From NCBI GenBank assembly GCA_024686215.1, contig JAIBDN010000005.1, forward strand, positions 4,924 through 68,923: DNA of 64,000 nt, read 5' to 3'. The notes below the pieces were generated by a model. It saw only the letters and a program-made list of their open reading frames with translations, was not told where the DNA came from and searched no databases. Made by a program: the position numbers and the translations under genes. The stretch comes from Gammaproteobacteria bacterium (GTDB taxonomy: Bacteria > Pseudomonadota > Gammaproteobacteria > Pseudomonadales > Halieaceae). Positions 10,209-22,465 of this stretch are shown in pieces; positions within the stretch are counted from its first letter, which is position 1; each line of letters opens with the position of its first letter.

Positions 10209-12635
10209 TCAGTGTAGCGATTTCTCCCGGCGATGCTCATGAAACACAAACTCGAAAACCTCGCGATAAGTCCGTGCAAAGTGCACATTAATACCTTCGC
10301 GCAGGTAGTCGGGAAGCTCTTCAAAATCACGACGATTGGCATGTGGCAGAATCAATTCCATGATCTTGCTGCGCCGCGCGGCAATCACTTTCTCGCGAAT
10401 GCCACCCACGGGCAACACCTGCCCGGTGAGCGTGAGTTCGCCGGTCATGGCCAAAGGTCGCTTGATACGTTCCTTGCGTGCCAGCGACACCAGCGCCGTG
10501 GCCATAGTGACACCAGCACTGGGGCCATCCTTGGGTGTAGCGCCCTCCGGGACATGCATGTGCACCATGCTCATATCGAAAAAGTCCAGGTCACAGCCAT
10601 AGTCTTTGAGATGACCGATGACGTAGCTGTAGGCAATTTCCGCCGACTCTTTCATTACCTCACCGAGGCGTCCGGTGAGTTTGAAACCACGGTTAAGCGT
10701 GTGTATCTGGGAAGTCTCGATGGCCAGGGTGGCACCGCCCATGGACGTCCAGGCAAGACCCGTCGCCACACCCAGACCGCGCAAGGGCTTATCCGGCTGG
10801 AACGGGGGCCTGCCCAGCAGACTGTCGATATCTTTCTTGCCGACACGTAACTTTTCCTCCTCCTCTTCCAGCAGGCGCACGATGGATTTGCGCATGATAC
10901 GCGCCAGCTGCTTCTCCAGGGTGCGTACCCCGGCCTCGCGGCAATAGGAATCAATCACGTATTTCAGGCCCGCGTCATTAATTTTCAATTGTTCGCCCTC
11001 CAGGCCGTGACGCTGCAACTGCTTGGGCCACAGGTGTTTGCGCGCAATACTGAGTTTTTCCTCCGCTACGTACCCGGACAGGCGCAAGGTTTCCATGCGA
11101 TCCAGCAAGGGACCGGGAATGGTATCCAGTTGGTTCGCGGTACAGATAAACAACACTTTGGAAAGATCCACGCGCAAATCCAGGTAATGATCCAGGAATT
11201 CGCTGTTCTGCTCGGGATCCAGAACTTCCAGCAGTGCCGAAGCAGGATCGCCCTGGAAAGATGCGCCGATTTTGTCGATTTCATCCAGCATGATCACCGG
11301 GTTGGCGACTTCAACTTCCTTCAGCGCTTGCACGAACTTACCGGGCATGGCGCCGATATAGGTACGTCGATGCCCCTTGATCTCCGCCTCATCGCGCATA
11401 CCGCCCAGGCTGAAACGATAGAACTCGCGTCCCAGCGCATCCGCCACCGAGCGCCCGATGCTGGTTTTACCCACCCCAGGCGGGCCCACCAGCAACAAAA
11501 TAGAACCGGCAATCTCTCCCTTGAAAGATCCCACTGCGAGGAACTCAAGAATGCGCTCCTTGACGTCCTCCAGACCCTCATGATGCTGGTCCAGCACCGT
11601 GCGGGCATGTTTGAGATCCAGGTTATCTTCAGACAACACGCCCCAGGGCACCGCGGTCGCCCAGTCCAGGTAGTTACGCGTCACCCCGTATTCGGGCGAC
11701 CCGGTTTCCAACACTGAAAGTTTGTGCAATTCGTCGTGGATGCGTTTGGCGGCGGCCTCGGGCATGTCCAGCCCTGCGAGGCGCGCTTCGAACATCTCAG
11801 CATCAGAGGTGCGATCATCCTTGGAGATACCCAGCTCTTTCTGGATTATTTTCAACTGCTCACGCAGGAAAAACTCCCGCTGTTGATCGGAGACCTTCTC
11901 GTTAACCTGGCTGGTAATCTGCCCTTGCAACTCCGCTACCTCGCGCTCTTTACGCAACAGCGTCAACACTTTTTCCATACGTGACAACAGGGGCAGCGTA
12001 TCCAGAATTTCCTGCAACTGCTCTCCCGAAGCGGTGGTCAAGGCGGCAGAAAAATCGGCCAGCAAGCTGGGTTGGGTAGGGCTGAAGTTGGCCAGGTACT
12101 GTTTCAATTCCTCGCTGTACAGCGGGTTTAGCGGCAGCAGTTCCTTGATCTCCTTGATCAAGGCCATGGTGTAGGCCTTGATTTCATCAGAGTCCTTGTC
12201 ACCCTGGCTGCGCGGATACTCCACCTGGACCAGGTAGGGTGCGGTATCACTCAACCAGCGCACAATGCGAAAGCGTTTCACGCCTTGAGCCAGGAATTGT
12301 CCGTGCTGCAGTTGCTCGCCTTGCGGTGGACGGTGCAGGCGCACCACACAGCCGATCTCCGGAAACTGCCGCGTATCCAAGGACTGCGGATCCAGTTGAT
12401 CTACATAAGACAGGCCAATCAGGCTGTGACCGGCCTTACCTACCGCGTCCAGGGTGGCACCCCAGTCTCCAGGGTTGATCGCGACAGGCTGCACCTGCCC
12501 CGGAAAAAAAGGCCGGTTGGGGACCGGCATGAGATACAGGGTATCGGGTAGCACATCGTCGGCTACCGCGGGAGTATGAGCGCCCAGGTCCGGATCTACG
12601 ACCTCGGCGTTTATCGATTCATCCTGTTCGCTCAT
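10209..12635 (-). CDS. lon: ATP-dependent Lon protease (endopeptidase La)
   Basis: 808 aa. Has a LON N-domain, Walker A GPPGVGKTS, and the protease motif PKDGPSAG with the catalytic Ser. Confidence 0.92.
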   Translation of the reverse strand: MSEQDESINAEVVDPDLGAHTPAVADDVLPDTLYLMPVPNRPFFPGQVQPVAINPGDWGATLDAVGKAGHSLIGLSYVDQLDPQSLDTRQFPEIGCVVRLHRPPQGEQLQHGQFLAQGVKRFRIVRWLSDTAPYLVQVEYPRSQGDKDSDEIKAYTMALIKEIKELLPLNPLYSEELKQYLANFSPTQPSLLADFSAALTTASGEQLQEILDTLPLLSRMEKVLTLLRKEREVAELQGQITSQVNEKVSDQQREFFLREQLKIIQKELGISKDDRTSDAEMFEARLAGLDMPEAAAKRIHDELHKLSVLETGSPEYGVTRNYLDWATAVPWGVLSEDNLDLKHARTVLDQHHEGLEDVKERILEFLAVGSFKGEIAGSILLLVGPPGVGKTSIGRSVADALGREFYRFSLGGMRDEAEIKGHRRTYIGAMPGKFVQALKEVEVANPVIMLDEIDKIGASFQGDPASALLEVLDPEQNSEFLDHYLDLRVDLSKVLFICTANQLDTIPGPLLDRMETLRLSGYVAEEKLSIARKHLWPKQLQRHGLEGEQLKINDAGLKYVIDSYCREAGVRTLEKQLARIMRKSIVRLLEEEEEKLRVGKKDIDSLLGRPPFQPDKPLRGLGVATGLAWTSMGGATLAIETSQIHTLNRGFKLTGRLGEVMKESAEIAYSYVIGHLKDYGCDLDFFDMSMVHMHVPEGATPKDGPSAGVTMATALVSLARKERIKRPLAMTGELTLTGQVLPVGGIREKVIAARRSKIMELILPHANRRDFEELPDYLREGINVHFARTYREVFEFVFHEHRREKSLH

Positions 12636-12674
12636 GCTTGCATGACCCCTGATTAAGCTGACATTGAGTTAACT

Positions 12675-12704
12675 TATATGAGGGCCCAGGGGACGCTTTT
12701 CAAG
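12675..12704 (-). promoter_or_regulatory. sigma-32 (heat-shock) type promoter upstream of lon
   Basis: The minus strand reads CTTGAA, a 15-nt spacer, then CCTCATATA. The consensus is CTTGAA-N13-17-CCCCATnTA. The -10 element ends ~40 nt upstream of the lon ATG. Confidence 0.5.
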
Positions 12705-12810
12705 CGCAGTGCATGGCAGCACTGCAGGAATTGTACTGCCACAAGCAGGTCGATGAAAAACCAGAATGGAGTGCGCAGAGGAGGCGCACAAAGTGCCGGA
12801 GTGGGCAGGG

Positions 12811-13155
12811 CTACTCTTCGCCGCCTTGCTGGCCAGGATGGGCACCGGCAAAGGGGAAGCTGGAGACATTACCGCCACCAGGTGCGTTATCGGAAATTTT
12901 GCTACTGCCTTCCTTATCCACTTCGTCGATACGGATAATGGCCTGTAATGGAATGTAACTGCGTTTCACGCCGTTGAATTCATTCTTCAGCTTCTCTTCA
13001 CTGGGGTCTACCACAATCTGTGACCGCTCTCCGAAGACGAACTCCTCGACCTCGATAAAGCCCCACATATCACTCTGGTAGATTTGACGGGCGAACACTT
13101 CGAACACCTGGTTGCCGTTTTGAAAAATCACCTTGTAGACGGGTTGGTTGGCCAT
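12811..13155 (-). CDS. DUF1820-family protein
   Basis: 114 aa. The start MANQPVYKVIFQNGNQVFEVFARQIYQSDMWGFIEVEEFVF looks like the DUF1820 family as I recall it. Confidence 0.7.
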   Translation of the reverse strand: MANQPVYKVIFQNGNQVFEVFARQIYQSDMWGFIEVEEFVFGERSQIVVDPSEEKLKNEFNGVKRSYIPLQAIIRIDEVDKEGSSKISDNAPGGGNVSSFPFAGAHPGQQGGEE

Positions 13156-13355
13156 TATTTCCTCGTGCGATAGCTAACGCGCAGTGCGCGCGGCGGGCAC
13201 CTGATTTCAGGGGGCGGCAATATTACCACCATCAGCACAGATTACCAGCACGAAACAGCGTTGCAGCCTAGGTTTCGCGGGGCGAACTCTGTATAATCCG
13301 CTGCCCATTTTAGCATTGGAACAGGCCCAGCGATAAAAGCGCTGCCCGGAAACTT

Positions 13356-14687
13356 GTGAGCAAAAAGCTGTATATCAAAACCCACGGCTGCCAGATGAAC
13401 GAATACGATTCAGCCCGTATGCGTGATCTGCTGCAGGAAAGCCATGACCTGGTGCCCACGGACAACCCCGAGGAGGCCGACGTATTGCTACTAAATACCT
13501 GTTCTATAAGGGAAAAAGCCCAAGAGAAGGTGTTCCACCAACTGGGTCGCTGGAAACATCTGAAAAAGCAGAATCCTGACCTGGTGATCGGCGTAGGCGG
13601 TTGCGTGGCCAGCCAGGAAGGTGCGGAAATCGGTCGGCGAGCACCCTATGTGGACCTGGTATTTGGCCCACAGACCTTGCATCGCCTGCCGGAGATGATA
13701 GATCAACGCGGCCCCGGGGGCGCCATAGTGGTCGATATCAGTTTTCCGGAAATTGAAAAGTTCGACCGCCTGCCAGACCCCAAAGTCGACGGGCCAAGCG
13801 CCTTTGTTTCCATCATGGAAGGCTGCAGCAAGTACTGTACCTTCTGTGTCGTGCCCTATACCCGTGGCGAGGAAGTGTCGCGCCCGGTTGACGATGTGAT
13901 CGCCGAGGTCGCCCACCTGGCGGCTGGTGGCGTACATGAAGTCAACCTGCTGGGCCAGAACGTCAACGCCTACCGCGGCGAGAATCACGTGGACGAAATC
14001 GTCGATTTCGCCGAATTACTGCATTTAGTGGCACGTATTCCCGGTATCAAGCGCATCCGCTACACCACATCCCACCCGGTGGAGTTTTCCGACGCACTGA
14101 TCGCCGCCTACGCCGACATACCGCAGCTGGTAGATCATCTGCACCTGCCGGTGCAAAGTGGCTCGGACCGCATCCTGGCAGCGATGAAGCGCGGCCATAC
14201 GGTACTGGAATACAAGTCGAAAATTCGTCGCCTGCGTAAAATACGTCCAGACATCAGTATTTCATCCGATTTCATCATCGGCTTCCCGGGCGAGAGCGAG
14301 GCTGACTTCGCAGACACCATGAAACTGATCGAGGAGATCGGTTTCGACAATTCCTTCAGTTTTATCTACAGTGCCCGCCCCGGCACCCCGGCGGCGGAGC
14401 TGCCCGACGACACTGAGGAGACGACCAAGAAACAGCGACTGCAAATCCTGCAATCGCGCATCAACCAACACGCCCAGGAAATCAGCCGGCGCATGGTGGG
14501 CACCAACCAGGAAATACTGGTTACCGGTGTATCCAAAAAAGACCCCGGGCAACTACAGGGGCGCACAGAGAACAACCGCGCGGTAAATTTTTCTGCCGCT
14601 GACCACAAGCTGATAGGCCAATTCGTCCATGTGGATATCGTCGAAGCACTGCCCAACTCGCTGCGCGGTCGCCTCAGTGATAGTTGA
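13356..14687 (+). CDS. miaB: tRNA-2-methylthio-N6-dimethylallyladenosine synthase
   Basis: 443 aa. N-terminal MTTase cysteines (HGCQMN...NTCSIR) and a radical-SAM CSKYCTFC motif. GTG start. Confidence 0.95.
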   Translation: MSKKLYIKTHGCQMNEYDSARMRDLLQESHDLVPTDNPEEADVLLLNTCSIREKAQEKVFHQLGRWKHLKKQNPDLVIGVGGCVASQEGAEIGRRAPYVDLVFGPQTLHRLPEMIDQRGPGGAIVVDISFPEIEKFDRLPDPKVDGPSAFVSIMEGCSKYCTFCVVPYTRGEEVSRPVDDVIAEVAHLAAGGVHEVNLLGQNVNAYRGENHVDEIVDFAELLHLVARIPGIKRIRYTTSHPVEFSDALIAAYADIPQLVDHLHLPVQSGSDRILAAMKRGHTVLEYKSKIRRLRKIRPDISISSDFIIGFPGESEADFADTMKLIEEIGFDNSFSFIYSARPGTPAAELPDDTEETTKKQRLQILQSRINQHAQEISRRMVGTNQEILVTGVSKKDPGQLQGRTENNRAVNFSAADHKLIGQFVHVDIVEALPNSLRGRLSDS

Positions 14688-14750
14688 CGCAGGTGAATTC
14701 CGGTATATGCTTACCTTTAAACGTTATGCCCACAGCGGCGACAGAGTACT

Positions 14751-15770
14751 TTGAATAGCGAACCCCCCCCCCAGTCGACGACCCAGCAAAGCCTTACTCT
14801 GGAACCCAATGACGCGCGCCATCTGACCCTGTTATGCGGACAGCTGGATACACATCTGCGCCAGATAGAGCAGCGGCTGGGCATCAGCATCAGCGCCCGT
14901 GGCAACCAGTTTCTGCTCAATGGCCCGGCGGTGAATGTGTCCGCCGGTGAGCAATTGCTGATCCACCTGTATGCTGAAGTGTGCCAGGGCGTAGGCTTGA
15001 GCCCTGAATCACTGCACTTGCAGTTACAGCAATCAGGGCTGGAAAGCCTGGTGGAGACTGCCGGGGACCCCTCGGTAGAAGCGATACAGTTGATACGCAC
15101 CAAGCGCTCCTCGATCAAGCCTCGCGGCAAAAACCAGCAGGCCTATGTGCGCGCCATCAAGCACAGCGATATTAATTTCGGTATCGGACCGGCGGGGACC
15201 GGCAAAACCTATCTGGCAGTGGCCTGTGCGGTGGAGTCTTTACTGGAGGAGCGAGTGCGCCGCATTCTGCTGGTACGCCCGGCGGTAGAAGCCGGCGAGA
15301 AACTGGGATTCCTTCCCGGAGATCTGAGCCAGAAGATCGATCCCTACCTGCGGCCACTGTATGACGCGCTCTACGAGATGCTGGGCTTCGAAACCGTCGA
15401 CAAGTATATTGAGCGCAATATCATCGAAGTGGCACCACTGGCCTTTATGCGCGGCCGCACCCTGAATAACGCCTTCATCATCCTGGATGAGGCACAGAAC
15501 ACCACGCGCGAGCAAATGAAGATGTTTCTCACGCGCATCGGTTTTGGCTCTACCGCGGTCATCACCGGAGATGCCACCCAGATCGACCTGCCCCGGGGCA
15601 CACAATCAGGGCTTACTCACGTCAGTAATTTCCTCGACGGGGTCGATGGTATTGGTTTCACCTACTTTGGCAACAAGGACGTGGTGCGCCATCCGTTGGT
15701 ACAGCGCATCGTGGAAGCCTACGAACTGCACGAGGACACCACCACGACCCTGGATAAAACCCGGCGATGA
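14751..15770 (+). CDS. phoH: PhoH-like ATPase (YbeZ)
   Basis: 339 aa. Walker A GPAGTGKTY. Lies in the conserved miaB-phoH-ybeY-corC-lnt order. The TTG start is uncertain. Confidence 0.9.
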   Translation: MNSEPPPQSTTQQSLTLEPNDARHLTLLCGQLDTHLRQIEQRLGISISARGNQFLLNGPAVNVSAGEQLLIHLYAEVCQGVGLSPESLHLQLQQSGLESLVETAGDPSVEAIQLIRTKRSSIKPRGKNQQAYVRAIKHSDINFGIGPAGTGKTYLAVACAVESLLEERVRRILLVRPAVEAGEKLGFLPGDLSQKIDPYLRPLYDALYEMLGFETVDKYIERNIIEVAPLAFMRGRTLNNAFIILDEAQNTTREQMKMFLTRIGFGSTAVITGDATQIDLPRGTQSGLTHVSNFLDGVDGIGFTYFGNKDVVRHPLVQRIVEAYELHEDTTTTLDKTRR

Positions 15771-16249
15771 AGCTGCAAGTGGATATACAGACCGCCAGCG
15801 TCGAGCCCGCCCCCGAAGAGGACGACATACGCAGCTGGATCGCTGCTGCCCTGGCGGGCGGTGCACGCAGTGCGGACAGCGAGATTTGTGTACGACTTGT
15901 CGATCGCGATGAAATGAGCAAGCTTAATCGTGATTACCGCGCCAAGGAGGGACCCACCAATGTACTGTCCTTCCCCTCCGATCTGCCCAGCGAGCTGGAA
16001 TTGCCGCTGCTGGGCGACATTATCATCTGCGCACCGGTGGTGCGCACCGAGGCCGCACAGCAGCACAAGTCGCTGCGCGCCCATTGGGCCCACCTGACGG
16101 TACACGGCACCCTGCACCTGCTCGGCTATGACCATATCGAAGAGCAACAGGCAGTAGCCATGGAGGCCCTGGAAACCCGTATTCTGGAACAACTTAATTT
16201 CGTCTGTCCCTACGGGGACACGCAAGCCTTGGAGCAGACATCCGGATGA
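15767..16249 (+). CDS. ybeY: rRNA maturation endoribonuclease YbeY
   Basis: 160 aa. Zinc motif HGTLHLLGYDH. ATGA overlap with phoH. Confidence 0.92.
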   Translation: MKLQVDIQTASVEPAPEEDDIRSWIAAALAGGARSADSEICVRLVDRDEMSKLNRDYRAKEGPTNVLSFPSDLPSELELPLLGDIIICAPVVRTEAAQQHKSLRAHWAHLTVHGTLHLLGYDHIEEQQAVAMEALETRILEQLNFVCPYGDTQALEQTSG

Positions 16250-17091
16250 ACGACGATCGAACTGGTAGTGATGCCAGTGACAAGTCCTGGATAGACAAGA
16301 TCACACTGTTATTTTCCTCCGAACCACGCAACCGCAATGACCTGGAGGATGTGCTGTCCATTGCCGCGGAAAACGAGGTGATAGACGAAGATGCCCGCAG
16401 CATCATGGAAGGGGCAATGCAGGTCAGCGACATGCAGACCCGCGATATCATGATTCCCCGCGCACAGATGATGGTGATCAAGTCAGACTGCACACTGGAG
16501 GAAATGTTGCCGCAGATTATTCGCTCAGCGCACTCCCGTTACCCGGTGATTGGCGAGGGTACCGACGACATTCTCGGTATTTTGTTGGCCAAGGACCTGC
16601 TGCCCCAGATACTCAACGAAGACAACAGCGGGGTCGACATTCGCGATCTCCTGCGACCCACCATGGTAGTGCCCGAGAGCAAGCGCCTGAATGTACTGTT
16701 GCGGGAGTTTCGCGAGAACCGCAACCATATGGCCATAGTCATAGACGAATACGGCGGTGTTGCCGGCCTGGTGACTATCGAGGACGTACTTGAAGAAATT
16801 GTCGGCGAAATCGAGGACGAAACTGATGCCGCCACTGACCATTTCATCCGCAAGATCACTAACGACGATTTCTTTATCAAGGCCCTCACCCCCATCGATG
16901 ATTTCAACGAGTACTTCAAAACAGATTTCAGCGAAGAAGAATTTGACACCATTGGTGGATTGGTCATACAGGCTTTCGGCCACATGCCAGGGCGCAATGA
17001 GACCACCACCATCGGGAATTACGAATTCCAGGTGATCAACGCAGATCAGCGCAAGATTCAAAGTTTGCGTATGCGTCCACTGCAACCCTGA
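16246..17091 (+). CDS. corC: HlyC/CorC-family magnesium/cobalt efflux protein (CBS pair plus CorC_HlyC)
   Basis: 281 aa. Contains HMAIVIDEYGGVAGLVTIEDVLEEIVGEIEDE. The start overlaps the ybeY stop. Confidence 0.9.
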   Translation: MNDDRTGSDASDKSWIDKITLLFSSEPRNRNDLEDVLSIAAENEVIDEDARSIMEGAMQVSDMQTRDIMIPRAQMMVIKSDCTLEEMLPQIIRSAHSRYPVIGEGTDDILGILLAKDLLPQILNEDNSGVDIRDLLRPTMVVPESKRLNVLLREFRENRNHMAIVIDEYGGVAGLVTIEDVLEEIVGEIEDETDAATDHFIRKITNDDFFIKALTPIDDFNEYFKTDFSEEEFDTIGGLVIQAFGHMPGRNETTTIGNYEFQVINADQRKIQSLRMRPLQP

Positions 17092-17107
17092 TAGCAGACG
17101 GCACTCC

Positions 17108-18628
17108 ATGCAGATAAAGACTGACGCCAGCCTATCCCCCCTGCTAATAATGCTACTGGCGCCATTTGCCGGCGCGCTGGTGACTCTGTCGCTGGCGCCA
17201 TTCAAGCTGTGGCCCCTGGGCATACTGAGCTGCGCCATCTTCGCCTACCTGCTATGCACCTGCAGCCCCGGCCAGGCCCTGTGGCGTGGCTGGTTATACG
17301 GCCTGGGAATGTTTGGCAGCGGTGTCTCCTGGGTCTATGTCAGCATCCATGTATACGGCTATGCCAGCGTGCCGCTGGCGATTATGTTGACACTGCTATT
17401 TTGCGCCGGGCTGGCCCTGCTTCAGGCCCTGTTTGCCTGGTGTTATGTCTTCCTGGTACGCCCACTGCCCGGGGGCATGCTGATGGGCTTCCCGGTGCTG
17501 TGGGTATTGTTTGAATGGCTGCGCGGCTGGCTGTTCACCGGGTTCCCCTGGCTCTATCTGGGCTATGCCCACGTTGGCACCTGGATCGCCGGTTGGGCGC
17601 CCATCATGGGCGTGTTCGCCCTATCCTTTATCTGCGCACTGACCGGCACCTGCCTGTTCCTCGGCTGGCGCAGCCGTGAGCCGATAGCCTGGGCTACCTA
17701 TGGCGTTATCATCGTTACCCTGTGGGGCGGCGGCGCAGTGCTGAAGCCCACCGTGTGGGTTGCCAGGGCCAGCGAGAAACCACTCAGCGTTGCCATGGTG
17801 CAACCTAACGTGCCCCAGGAAAACAAATGGAATTCCGCCTGGTACCAACCAATCGTTGAACAACTCAGCGAAGCCACCCTGCCGCAAATGGGCCGCGACA
17901 TAGTAATCTGGCCGGAAGCCGCCGTTCCCCGGCAGCTGCAACGTGCCCAGCCGTTTCTCGCCCCCCTTGCGGAACACGCCAGTAACAGTGGAACCACACT
18001 GATCACCGGCATCCCCTACCGCGAACCCGGCAGCGATCACTACTACAACAGCATTGTGGCCATGGGGCACGGCAGCGGCACTTATCACAAGCAGCGCCTG
18101 GTGCCCTTTGGCGAATATGTGCCTATGGAAAAGTGGCTGCGCGGTCTGATCACCTTTTTTGACCTGCCCATGTCATCCTTCAGCCCAGGACCTTCCGCAC
18201 AGCAACCCTTGCGCGTAGGTGGCTACCGCGTAGCGCCCTTCATTTGTTATGAAATTGTGTACGCAGATCTCGTGGCAAAAGCGGCCCGCGATACAGACCT
18301 GATTATCACTATCAGTAACGACAGCTGGTTTGGCAACTCCATAGGACCGCTGCAGCACATGCAAATTGCGCAGATACGCGCCCTGGAAAACGGCCGTTAT
18401 ATTCTGCGCGCCACCAACAACGGTATTTCGGCCATCATCGACCACCAGGGGCGCATAGTAAAACGCAGTGATCAGTTCGTGGCCACCACACTGGTAGGTG
18501 AAGTCAATGTAATGCTGGGCAATACCCCTTTCGGCAGCTTCGGCATCACACCGATCATCACCGGCAGCGGTATTACCCTGCTGCTGATGATACTGATGTA
18601 CGTGGGGTTCTGGCGCGACACGGAATAA
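17108..18628 (+). CDS. lnt: apolipoprotein N-acyltransferase
   Basis: 506 aa. Multi-TM N-terminus plus a nitrilase-type CN-hydrolase domain (VAPFICYE). Confidence 0.92.
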   Translation: MQIKTDASLSPLLIMLLAPFAGALVTLSLAPFKLWPLGILSCAIFAYLLCTCSPGQALWRGWLYGLGMFGSGVSWVYVSIHVYGYASVPLAIMLTLLFCAGLALLQALFAWCYVFLVRPLPGGMLMGFPVLWVLFEWLRGWLFTGFPWLYLGYAHVGTWIAGWAPIMGVFALSFICALTGTCLFLGWRSREPIAWATYGVIIVTLWGGGAVLKPTVWVARASEKPLSVAMVQPNVPQENKWNSAWYQPIVEQLSEATLPQMGRDIVIWPEAAVPRQLQRAQPFLAPLAEHASNSGTTLITGIPYREPGSDHYYNSIVAMGHGSGTYHKQRLVPFGEYVPMEKWLRGLITFFDLPMSSFSPGPSAQQPLRVGGYRVAPFICYEIVYADLVAKAARDTDLIITISNDSWFGNSIGPLQHMQIAQIRALENGRYILRATNNGISAIIDHQGRIVKRSDQFVATTLVGEVNVMLGNTPFGSFGITPIITGSGITLLLMILMYVGFWRDTE

Positions 18629-18639
18629 CCGCGCCGCAG

Positions 18640-19005
18640 TTACCTGGCGTCAGACTGCAGGATGTAGTCTTCCAGCTCTTTGTCGATACCGAACACGTGG
18701 CGCGTCAGCCACTCGGTTAGAAAAGTAGCGATGATCTCGCGAAACTGATCATCCAGCTGCCCCCCTACTCCCACCAGTTGATCGATTTCTGTGCGAAAGC
18801 GGTTGTGGGATTCTATATGCGCATCTCTGCCCGGGAATTCCAATTCCGCCATATACAGCTCTTCCAGGGCGAAGTGGTTCTCGGTGTAATCCTGTAATTT
18901 TAATAGCACCTGTGAGTCCGGGCCGGATTCCTTGATCAGATCCAGAATTTCGAACAGCACCTGGTGCTGGGCATCCTGCCAAATGATGTGACTGGTTTTG
19001 CGCAT
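18640..19005 (-). CDS. hemerythrin-like metal-binding protein
   Basis: 121 aa. The spacing of His/Glu/Asp ligands (HQVLF...HFALEE...H..H..F...H...D) is typical of bacteriohemerythrins. Confidence 0.7.
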   Translation of the reverse strand: MRKTSHIIWQDAQHQVLFEILDLIKESGPDSQVLLKLQDYTENHFALEELYMAELEFPGRDAHIESHNRFRTEIDQLVGVGGQLDDQFREIIATFLTEWLTRHVFGIDKELEDYILQSDAR

Positions 19006-19082
19006 GGCTTAATCTTGGACCCAAAACGTAGATTTGGCTATGTATCCGGGCCAACAATTTTTAGGAACACGGCATACCTGCC

Positions 19083-19196
19083 GCCCAGCAGATGTCAGGC
19101 TCTAGCCCTGGGCACGCCGTAAACCCGTCCTTGGGGACTTGGGCTGCGGCATCCTGCCTCACACAGCCCAGGACTAGAGCCTGACATCTGCTGGGC
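19083..19196. repeat. 114-bp palindromic extragenic element (31-nt terminal inverted repeats, 1 mismatch, 52-nt centre)
   Basis: The left arm is GCCCAGCAGATGTCAGGCTCTAGCCCTGGGC (19083..19113). The right arm (19166..19196) is its reverse complement. Confidence 0.75.
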
Positions 19197-19215
19197 TACC
19201 TCGAGCTCTAAGGAG

Positions 19216-19333
19216 GGTGATTGTGTTGGTATTTACCCTTCCAGGGGCGTCGGCGGCCATGGACGGGCGCCGCCGAGCCCCCATGGATGGGCTTGTAGCG
19301 TCCCCTGGAAGGGGAAATACCAACGCGATCACC
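19216..19333. repeat. 118-bp palindromic extragenic element (32-nt terminal inverted repeats, 3 mismatches, 54-nt centre)
   Basis: GGTGATTGTGTTGGTATTTACCCTTCCAGGGG (19216..19247) pairs with 19302..19333. The centre is partly homologous, in inverted orientation, to the centre of the neighbouring element. Confidence 0.75.
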
Positions 19334-19383
19334 CGGGGGAACTGCGAGCGAGAACCATCGCAGCCCCATCCAAATACTGATAG

Positions 19384-21927
<2,544 letters not shown>

Positions 21928-21940
21928 CCCCTCACTGAGA

Positions 21941-22465
21941 ATGACTATGCACAGGCGCCTCGTCAGTTACACCCTCCTATTGAGCCTGCCCCTGGTGCTC
22001 AGCGCCTGCGGCTTCCAGTTACGCGGCGTGGGCGATAATGCCACCACCCTGCCCGACGACTGGAAGAACATGCATCTTGTTACCAGCAACCCCAACGGCG
22101 AGTTTAGTCGTGAAGTGGAAACCCGTTTTGCCGCACAGGGCATACAATGGAACACCTGGGAAGATGCCAATTACCGATTGGACCTGGGGGCCGAGCGCTT
22201 CAGCCAACGCAATCTGTCACTTAATGCCGAGGCCCGGGTGGCGGAATTTGAGCTGACCATGACCGCGCGCTTCTCAGTGCTGGACGCCGACAACCAGGTG
22301 ATCATTGCAGCCACCGAGGTCGCCGTGGTCCGCCAGATGGAAAATGATCCGCGCAATGTGGTGGGCAAGGCCGAAGAAACCCGCATCATCAAGTCCGAGA
22401 TGCGCGGCGACCTGGCGCGACAAATCATGCGCCGCATCGGCTTCTTCGCTTCCAGCAACGGCTAA
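21941..22465 (+). CDS. lptE: LPS-assembly lipoprotein LptE
   Basis: Lipobox LVLSAC|G after MTMHRRLVSYTLLLSLP. Lies in the conserved leuS-lptE-holA order. The track ORF start at 21818 lies inside leuS. Confidence 0.85.
   Translation: MTMHRRLVSYTLLLSLPLVLSACGFQLRGVGDNATTLPDDWKNMHLVTSNPNGEFSREVETRFAAQGIQWNTWEDANYRLDLGAERFSQRNLSLNAEARVAEFELTMTARFSVLDADNQVIIAATEVAVVRQMENDPRNVVGKAEETRIIKSEMRGDLARQIMRRIGFFASSNG

Noticed and set aside
12715-12730. TGGCAGCACTGCAGGA in the lon upstream spacer looks sigma-54-like.
   Set aside because: The GC element sits three nt too close to the GG. It also lies on the strand opposite to lon with no downstream target.
19075-19201. Possible target-site duplication (TACCT) flanking palindromic element 1.
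   Set aside because: The left copy is separated from the inverted repeat by 3 nt, whereas the right copy abuts it. A 5-mer match is easily chance, so I make no TSD claim.
19302-19324. CCTGGAAGGGGAAA in palindromic element 2 resembles CCTGGATGGGGAA(G/A) at the two sRNA hairpins (59152, 59350).
   Set aside because: It is a 13-14 nt partial match with no extended similarity on either side. I treated it as coincidence rather than a shared repeat family.
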